64,000 bases of DNA from an uncultured virus (IMG/VR IMGVR_UViG_3300011258_000941) (lineage: Duplodnaviria > Heunggongvirae > Uroviricota > Caudoviricetes): IMG/VR virus record IMGVR_UViG_3300011258_000941. One strand, given 5' to 3'. Below, one piece after another: positions 1 to 10,198 of the stretch (the stretch's first letter is position 1; each line of letters begins with the position of its first letter). Below the pieces are notes generated by a model, which saw only the letters and a program-made list of their open reading frames with translations, was not told the origin of the DNA and ran no database searches. Made by a program: the position numbers and the translations under genes.

Positions 1-1827
1 TCATTTCTTCAAGTTCAGCACGAGCGAGAACCAATTCTGCTTGTAGTGATTCCATTTCACTTGCGGAAATGTTTTCTTCGTTGATAATTTCTTCATCGGA
101 CATATTCGTTATCTCCTTTCGGTATTCTGTCCAAGAAGCGGTTTGACTTATCAAGGTTTCTTCTGCCTTTGAAACTCGTTTTGCTCTTGGATGGCCTTTG
201 GGTAGTAGGTCATTGTCTTGCTTGTAGTTGGGGTTAGAGGGTCGGCCATTCCGTAAAAGGTAAAGGAAGGCATTGACTCTTGCGACTCCCCAACCGTTTC
301 TTGACATATTAGGGGCATGGCTTGTGGAAAAAGCACCTGCACCACGACGAAAAACAGTAAGAAGTGCGCCCATAGAGGCTTTACTTCCTTTTCCTTTCTT
401 ATTATGCTCTTGCATTTTAGTGGTGATAGTTTTTCTTGTTGCGGGGGAAACAACAATTGACTTATTGGGTTTCTTTGCGGAACCGGGTGGATTTTTCTTT
501 GAGCCTTTTCGTCGCTCATCCGGTTTAGCGGGAGTTTTTCGTGGGTCGTTTTTCTTTGGTTTTCCATATTGGACTGCCTCAGCATTTTCTTCAAGTTTTT
601 TAGCCGAATCAATTGTTGCTCTTTGGTAAGCCGGTTTGTGTACGATAGCCAAATGGTCAAATGTAAAGTCCATATCAAACACCATACCTTTTTCGTTTGC
701 GGATATAGGAATACCATATCCACCAATACTTACTCCATAATCAGCCTTTAACCAAAGACCGGACTCTAAAGCCTCAAACAATTCGGAACGGTTTACATGG
801 GCGGAATACTTTACTTCATATCCTTCTTCACCGATGTAATTCATACTTGCTTCTGTAACAATACCAACATTGGCTTCGTTTACTCCGCCATCAGTATTTC
901 GTTCAAAGCCAACATTTTTTGCCTTTGGGTGATTAAGTGTTAAATCAGCACCAAACATTTGTTTTACTGCGTTTTCAGCACCACGCTTTGTCAAAGCCCA
1001 CTTGTTTTTGTTAAATCCTTCGTGGAATGCAACACCTTTTATTTCCATAATAGTATTACCTGTTGAGGCTTCAACGGTGGCTGAAATAGTATCAATGTTA
1101 ATATCCATTGTAACATTTACAGGCTTACAAGAACCGGCAACCATTTCTTCTCCAACAGGACATTCACCAGCCATAGCCTTTTTGTCTTCATCTTTGTTGT
1201 ATGCTTTCTTAGGAATGTCTTTACCCTTATTTTTACTCATATACTCTTCATGAGTTTTTCCGGGCATGAATACTTTTTCACCGTCTTCATCATGGGAATG
1301 AATACCATCCAACCCCATTTCTTTTGCTCTTTTAGAGGCTTCGGCGGGATTATCGTAAACATCTTTGCGAATCATTTTGGCTTCAACGGCTTCGGTGCAA
1401 CCGCAACCACAACCGCCTTTTTCGGCTTCAACAATTTCTTCAATACCTTCAATAATTTCATCTTCGTTTTGCATCCATTCGTCGTAAGCAAGAAATTCAT
1501 TTTCTTCCGCTTCAACACGACTACCACCACGCCATTGTCGGCATGACCAATAGCCGGGTGTGGTACGGTCTTTNNNNNNNNNNNNNNNNNNNNNNNNNNN
1601 NNNNNNNNNNNNNNNNNNNNNNNNNNNNNNNNNNNNNNNNNNNNNNNNNNNNNNNNNNNNNNNNNNNNNNNNNNNNNNNNNNNNNNNNNNNNNNNNNNNN
1701 NNNNNNNNNNNNNNNNNNNNNNNNNNNNNNNNNNNNNNNNNNNNNNNNNNNNNNNNNNNNNNNNNNNNNNNNNNNNNNNNNNNNNNNNNNNNNNNNNACG
1801 GTTTTCACCTTCGCGAACATCGGGCAT
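1..1827 (-). CDS. Multi-domain prohead protease/scaffold (runs off left edge, interrupted by N gap)
   Basis: Not in the ORF track. I translated an open frame from 1573 to the left edge. It contains HK97-type protease motifs (LTLNHP; YGVSIGG with catalytic Ser; DHLAIVHKPAYQRATI), several basic/Cys-rich accessory domains and an acidic coiled-coil C-terminus (MSDEEIINEENISASEMESLQAEL). Likely start MPDVREGENR at 1827. The frame across the gap cannot be verified. Confidence 0.8.
1574..1797. other. Assembly gap (N run)
   Basis: Run of n characters. Confidence 1.
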
Positions 1828-1852
1828 ACGCTTAGGACATATGAATTGTCTT

Positions 1853-2293
1853 TTAATTCATTCGCCATATTTGTTGTTTTTCGTTAAGAATACTAATGTA
1901 TAAGTTATTACTCATAATATCTTGCACATCGTCATATGAGTTTACAGGTTCATACCCAAGTTTCTGTACTACTTTAACAAGGTGAAACATTTGCGAATCT
2001 TCTATTGGGTTAAGAATAGTTATTTTTGGCTTAAGAGGAAGGTGTTTGTTTCTTTCGGATAGTAAAAAGGAATGACCACCGTTTTTTCTATACTGTGGTA
2101 ATATGTATGTATTACCCACAAAATGAAATAACCCCATGTCTAAGGAGCCGGTATAACCTACACGAGCATTGTCATCATAAAGAATCCAATAGGTCATAAA
2201 GTCAAATACTTCGGGATAACCTTTTTCTATTGGAGTTTCAAAGGGATAAGGCCATATTTGACTTAATAGACCATGTTTTTCAACGCGCATCAT
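1853..2293 (-). CDS. GNAT-like acetyltransferase
   Basis: VGNTYILPQYRKNGGHSFLL resembles GNAT acetyl-CoA motif A; later VVQKLGYE resembles the KLGF motif. Confidence 0.55.
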   Translation of the reverse strand: MMRVEKHGLLSQIWPYPFETPIEKGYPEVFDFMTYWILYDDNARVGYTGSLDMGLFHFVGNTYILPQYRKNGGHSFLLSERNKHLPLKPKITILNPIEDSQMFHLVKVVQKLGYEPVNSYDDVQDIMSNNLYISILNEKQQIWRMN

Positions 2294-2297
2294 TTAC

Positions 2298-2720
2298 CTA
2301 TTCCTCTTTTTCGGGTAATTTAAAAACGGCTTTTCCTTCGGCAACAAGTTTAATCTTGGCTCGGCGTTCTTCGGCATCCATCATGTGCTTGTGTTCTTGA
2401 GCCTTAAGAGCCATCTGTCGTTCAATAGCGGCTCTTTCTTCCATAACACGAGTTTGAGACTCAATGACTGATGGGTGCAATTCTGTTTCAGTTTGTTGTT
2501 CAGCCTTCCACAATTCAAGCATTGTAGCAAATGCAGGTTGAGCAGTACCACCAATAATAGCGATAAGTGCAATAAATCCTTCAATGTTTTCAAGAACAAC
2601 ATCGGGCTTTAGTATTCCCATAGCGACGACTGCGCCCGAAGCGGCAAGCCATAGATAAACTGCGGGAAGTGCAGTCCATTTAATCATGCGGTCATTTACA
2701 GAATCTTTGTTATTTCTCAT
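2298..2720 (-). CDS. Membrane protein, two TM segments plus coiled coil
   Basis: Hydrophobic WTALPAVYLWLAASGAVVAMGIL and FIALIAIIGG; start MRNNKD just after the portal stop. Confidence 0.7.
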   Translation of the reverse strand: MRNNKDSVNDRMIKWTALPAVYLWLAASGAVVAMGILKPDVVLENIEGFIALIAIIGGTAQPAFATMLELWKAEQQTETELHPSVIESQTRVMEERAAIERQMALKAQEHKHMMDAEERRAKIKLVAEGKAVFKLPEKEE

Positions 2721-2721
2721 A

Positions 2722-4077
2722 TTATTCACCTTGTTGGTTTGTTCGGGGCAATTCGCCCATTGTTGGTTTTGAAGATTTGTCTAAGCGGTTATTACCTTCG
2801 CTTTCCGGTTGCATATTGATTAAGTCAAGTGATTGATTAAGGGTTAGTATTCCTGCTTGATAACCTAAGACTGACCGCTTCATTGATTCCATAGGTGATT
2901 CTTCGGCAATAGGTTCAAAGAAAAACTCCGGCAAGTCTTTCATTTGATGTGGAATACCAAGCAATTCTAATTGTTTAGAGAATAACTGCATAATACCCTG
3001 CTTTACAATAGATTGTAGGCGACTTATAGCAGTGTTAGCCCACATATTTGCGTTGTAGGTAGCGGCAAAGGTTGAACCTTTTTCTTGTCCGGCGGCTACA
3101 CGAGGTACATGGAGTACGGCGGCTACATTTGCACCTACCATATCAAGAAAACCGCTATTGTCGGGAATGGTGTTATTCAAATCAACATGGTGCAAAGAAA
3201 CATAGGAAGGTAAAATAGGCATTTGGTCGCCTCGTAGCCCTTCAAAGAGTTTTACTACTTCATCCATAATAATACCTAATCGCTCCGCCTGTTCGTCGGG
3301 GTCGGTAATGTGTTCAACGGCTGACTTGTCAATAGTAATAAATTGCTTTGTCATGCTATCTTCAAGGGCTATTCGGTTGTTCATGCTGTTGTATTTTACA
3401 CGGACAACCTGTTCAAGTGAAGAAAATCGGGATTGGCCCCATACACCGTAGGTTTGGCGAAGTTTGGTATCTTCGTACCAATTGCTACGGAAGTCGGTTC
3501 GGAAGTGAACAATTTCGCTACGAGGGAATACCATAGTGTCAATACCATTTTCACGAAGAATGTAAAAATCGTTTGTCATAATTGGGCTGTTTTCGTCGGC
3601 GGTAAAGGGTAGGCCGTTTGCACCTCGGTTATCAACAATAGTAATTTGTCGGATAGGTAGGCTTTGAATGTTAGTAATACCTACGCCTGTACGACCTACG
3701 AGTTTGTTAATATCGTTGCCGTAAACTTGTAGGTTTCGTAAAGCGTTAATTAGAAAGTCATCAAAGTCCACTTGCTCAACCATTTTCATAATAGCGTTGC
3801 GTATAGCGGCGTTCTTGGCCTTCTTGTAGTCTATACGGTAATTGTTAGCAGTAAGAGCAACGGAGCGCACAGCACCGTTCAATTCGGGGTCTAACTTAAC
3901 CATGTTATCATACAAGTCAAACTTGTTTACAAAGTTTGTATCACTTTGAAACTTTTCTGTATCTTCAAAAATGTTAGGTAATCCTGCGGCAACACTGAGG
4001 CTTACATTAGAGCCTACTCGCTCAACCGGCCTCTCGGCGGCTGTTGCGTTTCGCTTAAACCTATCAAAGATACCCAT
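2722..4077 (-). CDS. Portal protein
   Basis: 451 aa, MGIFDRFK start, LQVYGN, EIVHFR, VLHVP motifs typical of portals; directly upstream of the prohead protease. Confidence 0.85.
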   Translation of the reverse strand: MGIFDRFKRNATAAERPVERVGSNVSLSVAAGLPNIFEDTEKFQSDTNFVNKFDLYDNMVKLDPELNGAVRSVALTANNYRIDYKKAKNAAIRNAIMKMVEQVDFDDFLINALRNLQVYGNDINKLVGRTGVGITNIQSLPIRQITIVDNRGANGLPFTADENSPIMTNDFYILRENGIDTMVFPRSEIVHFRTDFRSNWYEDTKLRQTYGVWGQSRFSSLEQVVRVKYNSMNNRIALEDSMTKQFITIDKSAVEHITDPDEQAERLGIIMDEVVKLFEGLRGDQMPILPSYVSLHHVDLNNTIPDNSGFLDMVGANVAAVLHVPRVAAGQEKGSTFAATYNANMWANTAISRLQSIVKQGIMQLFSKQLELLGIPHQMKDLPEFFFEPIAEESPMESMKRSVLGYQAGILTLNQSLDLINMQPESEGNNRLDKSSKPTMGELPRTNQQGE

Positions 4078-4185
4078 GTGTTAATGCAGATGTTGTATGT
4101 TTTATCAATGTAGCGAATTATTTCTTTTTATTCTTTCAATTTTTACAAAAAGAATTAAATTAAGAGCAGTATATCGTTTTTTACT

Positions 4186-4320
4186 AATTCTTTTATTGTT
4201 TCTAAGGTGGGTAAGAAAAAGAAGTTATTATTATAATCAGTTAAGCCCCCATTACATACCTATGAAAGAAAAAAAGAATTGTTTGTTCATTGGAGCAGTC
4301 ACGCGTTTATTTCTTTTTGT
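4186..4320. repeat. AT-rich origin-like element, copy A (inverted plus direct arms)
   Basis: 4259-4320 matches 23178-23239 (20/22 left arm, 23/24 right arm, identical spacing); 4186-4207 is an inverted copy of the left arm. Confidence 0.75.
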
Positions 4321-4379
4321 TAGGTACATAATCAACAAAAAGATAAACCTTCATAAAGGGTTCATACATGGATTGGTTT

Positions 4380-5816
4380 ATGAGAAGTAAACCGGAATAC
4401 GGATATGATATAATACCGGAGCATTTTGATGCTTCTTTATCAGTTTTGGCTAACGCAAGAAAACTTAATTCTATTGACGATACTAAAAGTGTCAAGGGTT
4501 GGGAAATGTCAATCTATCGTTGGAAAAAAGGGGCGCATAAAAAAACACAAGCAAAAGAACCTAAGATTGAAAATAAGTTAGATTCTGTAAACGCTTCTTA
4601 TCATTTTGATGCTGTTAATGATGTTTATTACACATATTTGTCTATTGCTGACCAAATGGTGTCTGTTGCGGGTGACAAACACCGAGATATGAAAGAAGCA
4701 TACAGTAATATGGTAGGAAAACCGGCATCAATGAATGAAATTTGCCGAGACTTTGGTATTCCTCGTGCTTGGTTTGATGAGTACCGACGACGACACGGAT
4801 GGACACATGATATGTCACCGTACACCGATGAAGAAATTGCTACTACCGATGTTGAACAGTTAGTGCAAGACTTAGTTTTGCGAAACAAACATAGTCTCCA
4901 CAAGAAGTATGAACGCCGTAAGTGGAAGAATCTTGAAGAATCGGCTGAAAGATATGAAATGTTTAATACCTATGTGTTAAACGAGTTTAAACAATTGGTT
5001 GGAGAGGCAAAAAGTAATGTTCCTAAACTAAATATGGTTGAAGATGAAAGCGAGTATTCCCTTGTTATTAGTCCTACTGATTTTCATTGGGGTAAATATG
5101 GGTGGGTTGATGAAGTCGGAGAGACATATCACTTTGATGAAGCCCGTAAGCGATTGATGGAAAAGACCGAAGAATTGATTTGCAGGTTGCCTTCACGACC
5201 GGAACAAATTATTTTGGCTACGGGTAGCGATTGGTTTCATGTTGATACCGATGCAGGTACTACTACAAAGGGTACACCACAAGATATGTGCGGAAGTCCT
5301 GCTGAAATTTTGATGACAGGTTGTAAGTTAGCAAGAGAGCATATTGATTTGCTACGACAAGTCGCTCCTGTTAAGGTAGTGTTTATGCCGGGTAATCACG
5401 ATAGAATGTCGGCTATTGCTTTGATGATGTACCTATCAGCAGTTTACGAAGAAACAGAAGATTGCGAAGTGGTTGTTAGTCCATCTACACGACAATATGT
5501 TCACTACGGTAATAATCTTCTTGGGTTTATTCATGGTGACGGGGCTAAGAACCTTGAAGAGTTAATGTCATGTGAACAAAGAGAGTTATGGGGCAAGTGT
5601 GAGCATCATGTTTGGTTTCACGGACATTTGCATCATCGTAAAGTTTTAGAAAGCAAAGGTTGTTTGATTATCCAATTACCAAGTCTTGCAGGTCACGATA
5701 GATACCATGCACGACAAGGATATACAACAAGTAAAGCAGGATTGGCGGCTCATTTAATTGACAAACAAAAAGGACTTATTGCTACATACTTTGCGCCTGT
5801 GGAGGGTCAGCATTGA
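4380..5816 (+). CDS. Calcineurin-like metallophosphoesterase with N-terminal HTH-like region
   Basis: TDFHWG, GSDWFH, GNHD, HGD, GHLH motifs; TATA-like TTCATAAA near 4351 favours ATG 4380 over 4368. Confidence 0.85.
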   Translation: MRSKPEYGYDIIPEHFDASLSVLANARKLNSIDDTKSVKGWEMSIYRWKKGAHKKTQAKEPKIENKLDSVNASYHFDAVNDVYYTYLSIADQMVSVAGDKHRDMKEAYSNMVGKPASMNEICRDFGIPRAWFDEYRRRHGWTHDMSPYTDEEIATTDVEQLVQDLVLRNKHSLHKKYERRKWKNLEESAERYEMFNTYVLNEFKQLVGEAKSNVPKLNMVEDESEYSLVISPTDFHWGKYGWVDEVGETYHFDEARKRLMEKTEELICRLPSRPEQIILATGSDWFHVDTDAGTTTKGTPQDMCGSPAEILMTGCKLAREHIDLLRQVAPVKVVFMPGNHDRMSAIALMMYLSAVYEETEDCEVVVSPSTRQYVHYGNNLLGFIHGDGAKNLEELMSCEQRELWGKCEHHVWFHGHLHHRKVLESKGCLIIQLPSLAGHDRYHARQGYTTSKAGLAAHLIDKQKGLIATYFAPVEGQH

Positions 5817-5959
5817 ATCCACAGGTCAAAAAGTTTAGAGAATGTCAAAACTGCGGCCATAGATGTTATTCAAGATATACTTCCCATAAAAAATGGTGTA
5901 AAAAAGAAAAGAAAATGGTTTACTGTGGTTGTTTACGGGTGATTAGAAATGAAGCGTGA
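5813..5959 (+). CDS. Zn-finger microprotein (48 aa)
   Basis: TTG start after GGAGGG; CQNCG...H...YCG; paralog at 37664. Confidence 0.6.
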   Translation: MNPQVKKFRECQNCGHRCYSRYTSHKKWCKKEKKMVYCGCLRVIRNEA

Positions 5960-6068
5960 AAGTGTGGTTTGTGATAATTGTGGTTGGGCAAGTAAGGGTC
6001 TTTCTCAAGCAAAGGCTTTTACGAGAATTTGTCCTTACTGCAATATACGCTCTTTGCGTCCGTGGTAA
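5949..6068 (+). CDS. Zn-ribbon microprotein (39 aa)
   Basis: MKRESVVCDNCG...RICPYCNIRSLRPW, preceded by GGTGA. Confidence 0.6.
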   Translation: MKRESVVCDNCGWASKGLSQAKAFTRICPYCNIRSLRPW

Positions 6069-6128
6069 ATATGACTGTGATTATTGATGTGTTTTGGACT
6101 TTCCCGATAAATATGTATGTGATGCCTA

Positions 6129-7616
6129 ATGAGTCAAATAAAACAAGCGTTGGCCTTTGAGCGAGCAAGAACAGATGTTTCGTACTTTTATCGTTGGCTT
6201 GGTTATTCTTGGGGCGACCACATAGGCGAATGGATGAACATTTACAGTGATAGGAAAGGTAGCCATGTTCACCGCGTTTGTATTATTGCTCCGAGAAGTC
6301 ATTCAAAGAGTACGACGCTTGGAGTAAAACTGTTGCATATGTGCTTGTTCCAAAAGTTTAACGGTAAACCTATGGACATTTGGTTGTTTTCAGCGAGTCA
6401 AGATACGGCAGTAAGACGATTAGCCGAAATTAGAAAGGATTTAACAACACACAAGGAGTTGGCTCGGTACATTGACCCTAAGAAGGGTGGTAAGCGAGAG
6501 TTATGGTTGAACAACGGAGCAGTTATTCGCTGTTCTTCTGTTGGCTCCGCAATTCGTGGCGACCATCCTGCGGTTGTTGCTCTTGACGATGTGTTACTTG
6601 ACGCAAAAAAAGAATTAAATAATGAACAGTTAAGACATTGGTTGCGTAAAGTTGTTATGCCGATGCTTGACCCCGGCGCGTTTTTGTATTGTGTTGGTAC
6701 TCCAATGAGTATGGCGGATTTGTACCACACTGAAATGCTTGAAAATTCACAATGGAAAACGGGCGTTTGGTCTGCTATTCCCAATTGGGATGAAAATAAA
6801 CATGAGCCGGAAAAGTTAAAGGCGTTATGGCCGGAGTTTAGACCAATTGACTTTCTTTTAGAGCAAAAGAAAGTTACAGGTGACTTAGAGTTTGCACAAG
6901 AGTTTTTGTGTAAAGTTATTGACGATGAGGCGGCAGTGTACCCTCGCAAGTTTACACGAGCGAATATGGACTTAGAGCAGGTGTTTGACAAAGAAAAGCG
7001 TGAAGGTTGCCGATATGTGGTTGGGTTTGACCCATCACAAGGATTGGGTAAGGACTATTCCGTATTAGTTTTGGTTAGGCAAGAATCCGATGGTTCGTTG
7101 GTAGTAGCAAATGTATGGCGACGAAATGACTTTTCCCCCGATAGACAGGCTGACATGATAGGAGAATGGTGTAAAAAGTTTAGCGCACCTTTGGCGGCGG
7201 AAGATGTAGGATTTCAACGACTGTTCAAGAGTTTACTTGAGGCTAAAGGTATCAATGTTGAATATCGGGAATCAAGAGTAAGCAACAAGGGATTGAAGCA
7301 AGGATTGTTAAATCGGCTAAGAGTTTGGTTTGAACGAGGCAAAATTCAATTCCCCTATGGTAGCGACAGCACACGAAGGGTTATCAATGAAATGCTTGAA
7401 GAATTAGAAAGCCATGCTTGGAAATCCGGCGACATTGTAGATACGGGCAAACATAATGATTTGGTCATGGCGTTGGCTCATGCGATTGACCAATTTAGCC
7501 ACAACAAGGGAAGCGGTGTGTGGGCATCCGCAAGAACCGAAATGGGTGATTGGCTCGGAGGAAGAAGTAAATCTAAGGGCGGAAGTAAAATGTTCCGAAG
7601 TGTAAGGCGACGATGA
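6129..7616 (+). CDS. terL: Terminase large subunit
   Basis: Walker A-like APRSHSKST, Walker B VVALDD, motif III VGTP, RNase H-like VGFDP...HNDLVMALA. Confidence 0.92.
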   Translation: MSQIKQALAFERARTDVSYFYRWLGYSWGDHIGEWMNIYSDRKGSHVHRVCIIAPRSHSKSTTLGVKLLHMCLFQKFNGKPMDIWLFSASQDTAVRRLAEIRKDLTTHKELARYIDPKKGGKRELWLNNGAVIRCSSVGSAIRGDHPAVVALDDVLLDAKKELNNEQLRHWLRKVVMPMLDPGAFLYCVGTPMSMADLYHTEMLENSQWKTGVWSAIPNWDENKHEPEKLKALWPEFRPIDFLLEQKKVTGDLEFAQEFLCKVIDDEAAVYPRKFTRANMDLEQVFDKEKREGCRYVVGFDPSQGLGKDYSVLVLVRQESDGSLVVANVWRRNDFSPDRQADMIGEWCKKFSAPLAAEDVGFQRLFKSLLEAKGINVEYRESRVSNKGLKQGLLNRLRVWFERGKIQFPYGSDSTRRVINEMLEELESHAWKSGDIVDTGKHNDLVMALAHAIDQFSHNKGSGVWASARTEMGDWLGGRSKSKGGSKMFRSVRRR

Positions 7617-7965
7617 ATATAAAGTTGCTTTTTGAAAAATTTTATCGCAAATTTTGAACGGTGCTAAGCACTGCTATTGTGGGTGGCGGGTCGGATTTTT
7701 GGAGCCTATCATAAACGGGTTGCCCAATACGGCCCCACAAACGCACCTTCTCGGCATTTCATGGGGTGGGTGGTACGATGTGACCTTTTACCATACGCAA
7801 CGGCGTGGGAGGGGTGTTTATGTGGATTTAGGGGGGTATTTTGGGTGGTGGAATGGTCGGTTTTTCGGTCGGATTGGGTCGGGCCGGTTTGAATATCCTG
7901 ACCTTTTCAACCAAAAACGATAGACTGCGAGCCTATTTCAAAAAAAATCGATGATTTTCAAAATC

Positions 7966-8003
7966 AAAAAAGCCCCCCGCCCCGCCTAAGCGGGACGAGG
8001 GGC
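7966..8003 (-). terminator. Hairpin terminator of the 424-aa ORF
   Basis: Minus strand GCCCCTCGTCCCGC-TTAG-GCGGGGCGGGGGGC (14-bp stem, G:U pairs only on this strand) then TTTTTT. Confidence 0.8.
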
Positions 8004-8058
8004 GATGATACCTTTCATGATTGAACGGCGGTGTTGTGTCTATTGGTTTCGGGGTGCT

Positions 8059-9312
8059 TCAAAGTTCGCCGTGGTGCATGGTTTCAACCACGAGGCCGAA
8101 TTGGTCTTCTTTGTGGGTTGCATGAACGCACTCGTACCATGCGGGCTTCAACATGCCCTTGACCTTCACCGTTGAGGTGGTGGTCTTTCCGTTGGCTAAC
8201 TTTCGCTCCATTTGCTTACGGATTGCGACAGGGTAAGTAAGCAACACTTTCAACGCATCCGAAGGGGTGATGAGTCCTTTTGAGGCATCCATCAAGGCGT
8301 TGAATGCTGGCTTCCGAAGGATGAAGGACTTCATCAAAAGGCGGTGTCCTCCGACCATCTTCAAGCCCTCTTGATTTGACTCAATGAAAGGCAGGTGTGC
8401 GGTGTTGGAATTGTAGCCAAGGTTGCGCTTTGGGTTGCCGCACCGTGGGCACCCGTTAGCGGATTGTTGAACGCCGAAGGAGTCACCACATGGGGAGCAA
8501 TATCGGGCGGTCGGGAATACCGATGAACGGAACCATTGAATCAAGGTGTGAACATTCACGGTCAAGTGGCTGTCCTCGCTGTAATTTTCAAGGGTGGCGG
8601 TTCTCAAGGTGTGGCTTGAAACATCAATGAATTGCTTTCCTTCTTCTAGCAAGTCGGCCTTCATGCTACGGAAGGACTCCCTCAACATGGCGTGATTTTC
8701 CACTTCAAAGTAACGAACAGGTGAACCCACTTCAAGGTTGAAAGCGGCGGCGGCGACTGATGGAGTGAGTCGCATGCCTTCGGGTACTTCCTCAATGCTT
8801 TGGCCGGTTCGTTGTTGCATCAATCGGAACGCTTCTTCTCTTTGGGCGGTGCTTGTTTGGTTCCACTCTTGGAAGGCGATGTATGCGGCGGCGGCCCGTT
8901 GGAATTTTTTGGCCGTCTTGGAGTCACCCTTCAACATCTTGGCGATGAGTGGGGAACTCATGAGGATTCGTTGCGGTGGTTGTCCGTCATTGAAGTAGAC
9001 GGACAAATGAGAGACACCGGCGACGGTCAAATCATAGCCCATGATTTTCTTCTCATCGATTTTCATGAATTTAGCCATGCGGCCTAATTCTTGATGCTTG
9101 ACGGCTTCCTTCTTGAAGGTGTAATTTGCCGCCTTCCTTGTGTTGCGGAGGGTGTTCGTGTTGAACACATATCCTTCCTCAGTGGTAAGGAATGCAAGCA
9201 AGGTTTCAATCATGCTTGCGATGATGCCTCTCATCATTGTTTCATTGTCTCCTTCCGTGTCTCCACCGAAGGGGGCCGTCCCGTTAGGGTTGGGGGTTAT
9301 GTCGTCGGACAT
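8059..9312 (-). CDS. Hypothetical protein with CxxC...CxxC Zn finger (putative pre-early)
   Basis: Long ORF, higher GC than flanks, CSPC...CPRC; TTATATAC at 9341-9334 points to leaderless ATG 9312. Confidence 0.8.
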   Translation of the reverse strand: MSDDITPNPNGTAPFGGDTEGDNETMMRGIIASMIETLLAFLTTEEGYVFNTNTLRNTRKAANYTFKKEAVKHQELGRMAKFMKIDEKKIMGYDLTVAGVSHLSVYFNDGQPPQRILMSSPLIAKMLKGDSKTAKKFQRAAAAYIAFQEWNQTSTAQREEAFRLMQQRTGQSIEEVPEGMRLTPSVAAAAFNLEVGSPVRYFEVENHAMLRESFRSMKADLLEEGKQFIDVSSHTLRTATLENYSEDSHLTVNVHTLIQWFRSSVFPTARYCSPCGDSFGVQQSANGCPRCGNPKRNLGYNSNTAHLPFIESNQEGLKMVGGHRLLMKSFILRKPAFNALMDASKGLITPSDALKVLLTYPVAIRKQMERKLANGKTTTSTVKVKGMLKPAWYECVHATHKEDQFGLVVETMHHGEL

Positions 9313-9693
9313 ATTGCTTCGCACTTTTTTCAAGTATATAATTCGTTTAGGCGGTTTTCCATGAAACGGGCTGTTTTTGGTATTTTTTAGGCGGCGCGAT
9401 GTCGTTTTTTACCATCATTTTCCGTCCTCCGCTAATTTATGTTATTTTTTGAATCGTCTGGGTTTTCGGTGTATTTTCTACACCTATCATGAACGGGTCG
9501 ATTTTGACCCTATCATGAACGGTTTCATTTTGATACTAAGTGCGGAAAGTAAATTCCATTTAGTCGCGACTAAATTATCAGTCCTTGGATTTTTTTAGTC
9601 GGTCTTTTTAGTCGGAAAAAAAAAGATTTAGTCGGAAATGTTACCGAAAAAAAAAGCATTTTTTTAGTCGGAGTTACCGAAATTTAGTCGGGG

Positions 9694-9726
9694 GCATCCA
9701 CCCCCCGCCAAGGCGGGAGGCGGTGC
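9694..9726 (-). terminator. GC hairpin downstream of ORF 9780-10148
   Basis: Minus strand GCACCGCCTCCCGC-CTTG-GCGGGGGGTGGATGC. Confidence 0.6.
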
Positions 9727-9779
9727 GCTGTTCAAGATTGTGTTCAATCTTGGGTTGGTGAAAAATCGACGGAGCGGCG

Positions 9780-10148
9780 TTATTCCCACGCTTCCCAGTC
9801 ACACGAGGCCAATTCAGCCGACAATTCAAGGGCGGCATCGGCTTGGCGTTCTGCTTCTGCTTCTGCTTGCATCTCTCCTTCACATGAGCCGTCATCCTCG
9901 TCGATTTTTGCGGCTTGGATTTTGTCGGCCACGGTGAACACAGGGTTCACAATTTCTTCAACGCTGAAAGCCGTGTAAGCATCCCGAAGGGTAGCCATGA
10001 CTTCTTTCAAGGCGGGTTCATCGTGTCCTTGTCTGTCCTCTAATTCGTTGCGGAACTCATTCAAGCGGAGTATTGCTACCTCAAGGCATTGTCGGGTCAC
10101 GGAGGATTCTTCCTCAATAGGGCCGGTTTCGGTTGGGTTTTGTCCCAT
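9780..10148 (-). CDS. Acidic hypothetical protein (122 aa)
   Basis: D/E-rich; own promoter (motif 10190-10197, TATA 10171-10177) and hairpin. Confidence 0.75.
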   Translation of the reverse strand: MGQNPTETGPIEEESSVTRQCLEVAILRLNEFRNELEDRQGHDEPALKEVMATLRDAYTAFSVEEIVNPVFTVADKIQAAKIDEDDGSCEGEMQAEAEAERQADAALELSAELASCDWEAWE

Positions 10149-10170
10149 GATTTATTGTAGGGCTAACAGG

Positions 10171-10198
10171 TATATAACAGGTATTACGGCGACTAAAC
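10171..10198 (-). promoter_or_regulatory. Early promoter GTTTAGTCG-N12-TTATA
   Basis: Motif and TATA start 20 bp apart; ATG 29 nt after TATA start. Confidence 0.8.

Noticed and set aside
151..1887. Short ORFs listed in the track across 151-1887
   Set aside because: They are shadow or alternative frames of the long protease ORF that runs off the left edge, or are inflated by the N gap.
7654..7923. ORFs in the G-rich tract, and 9377-9598
   Set aside because: Low-complexity translations with no RBS or promoter support; more likely non-coding.
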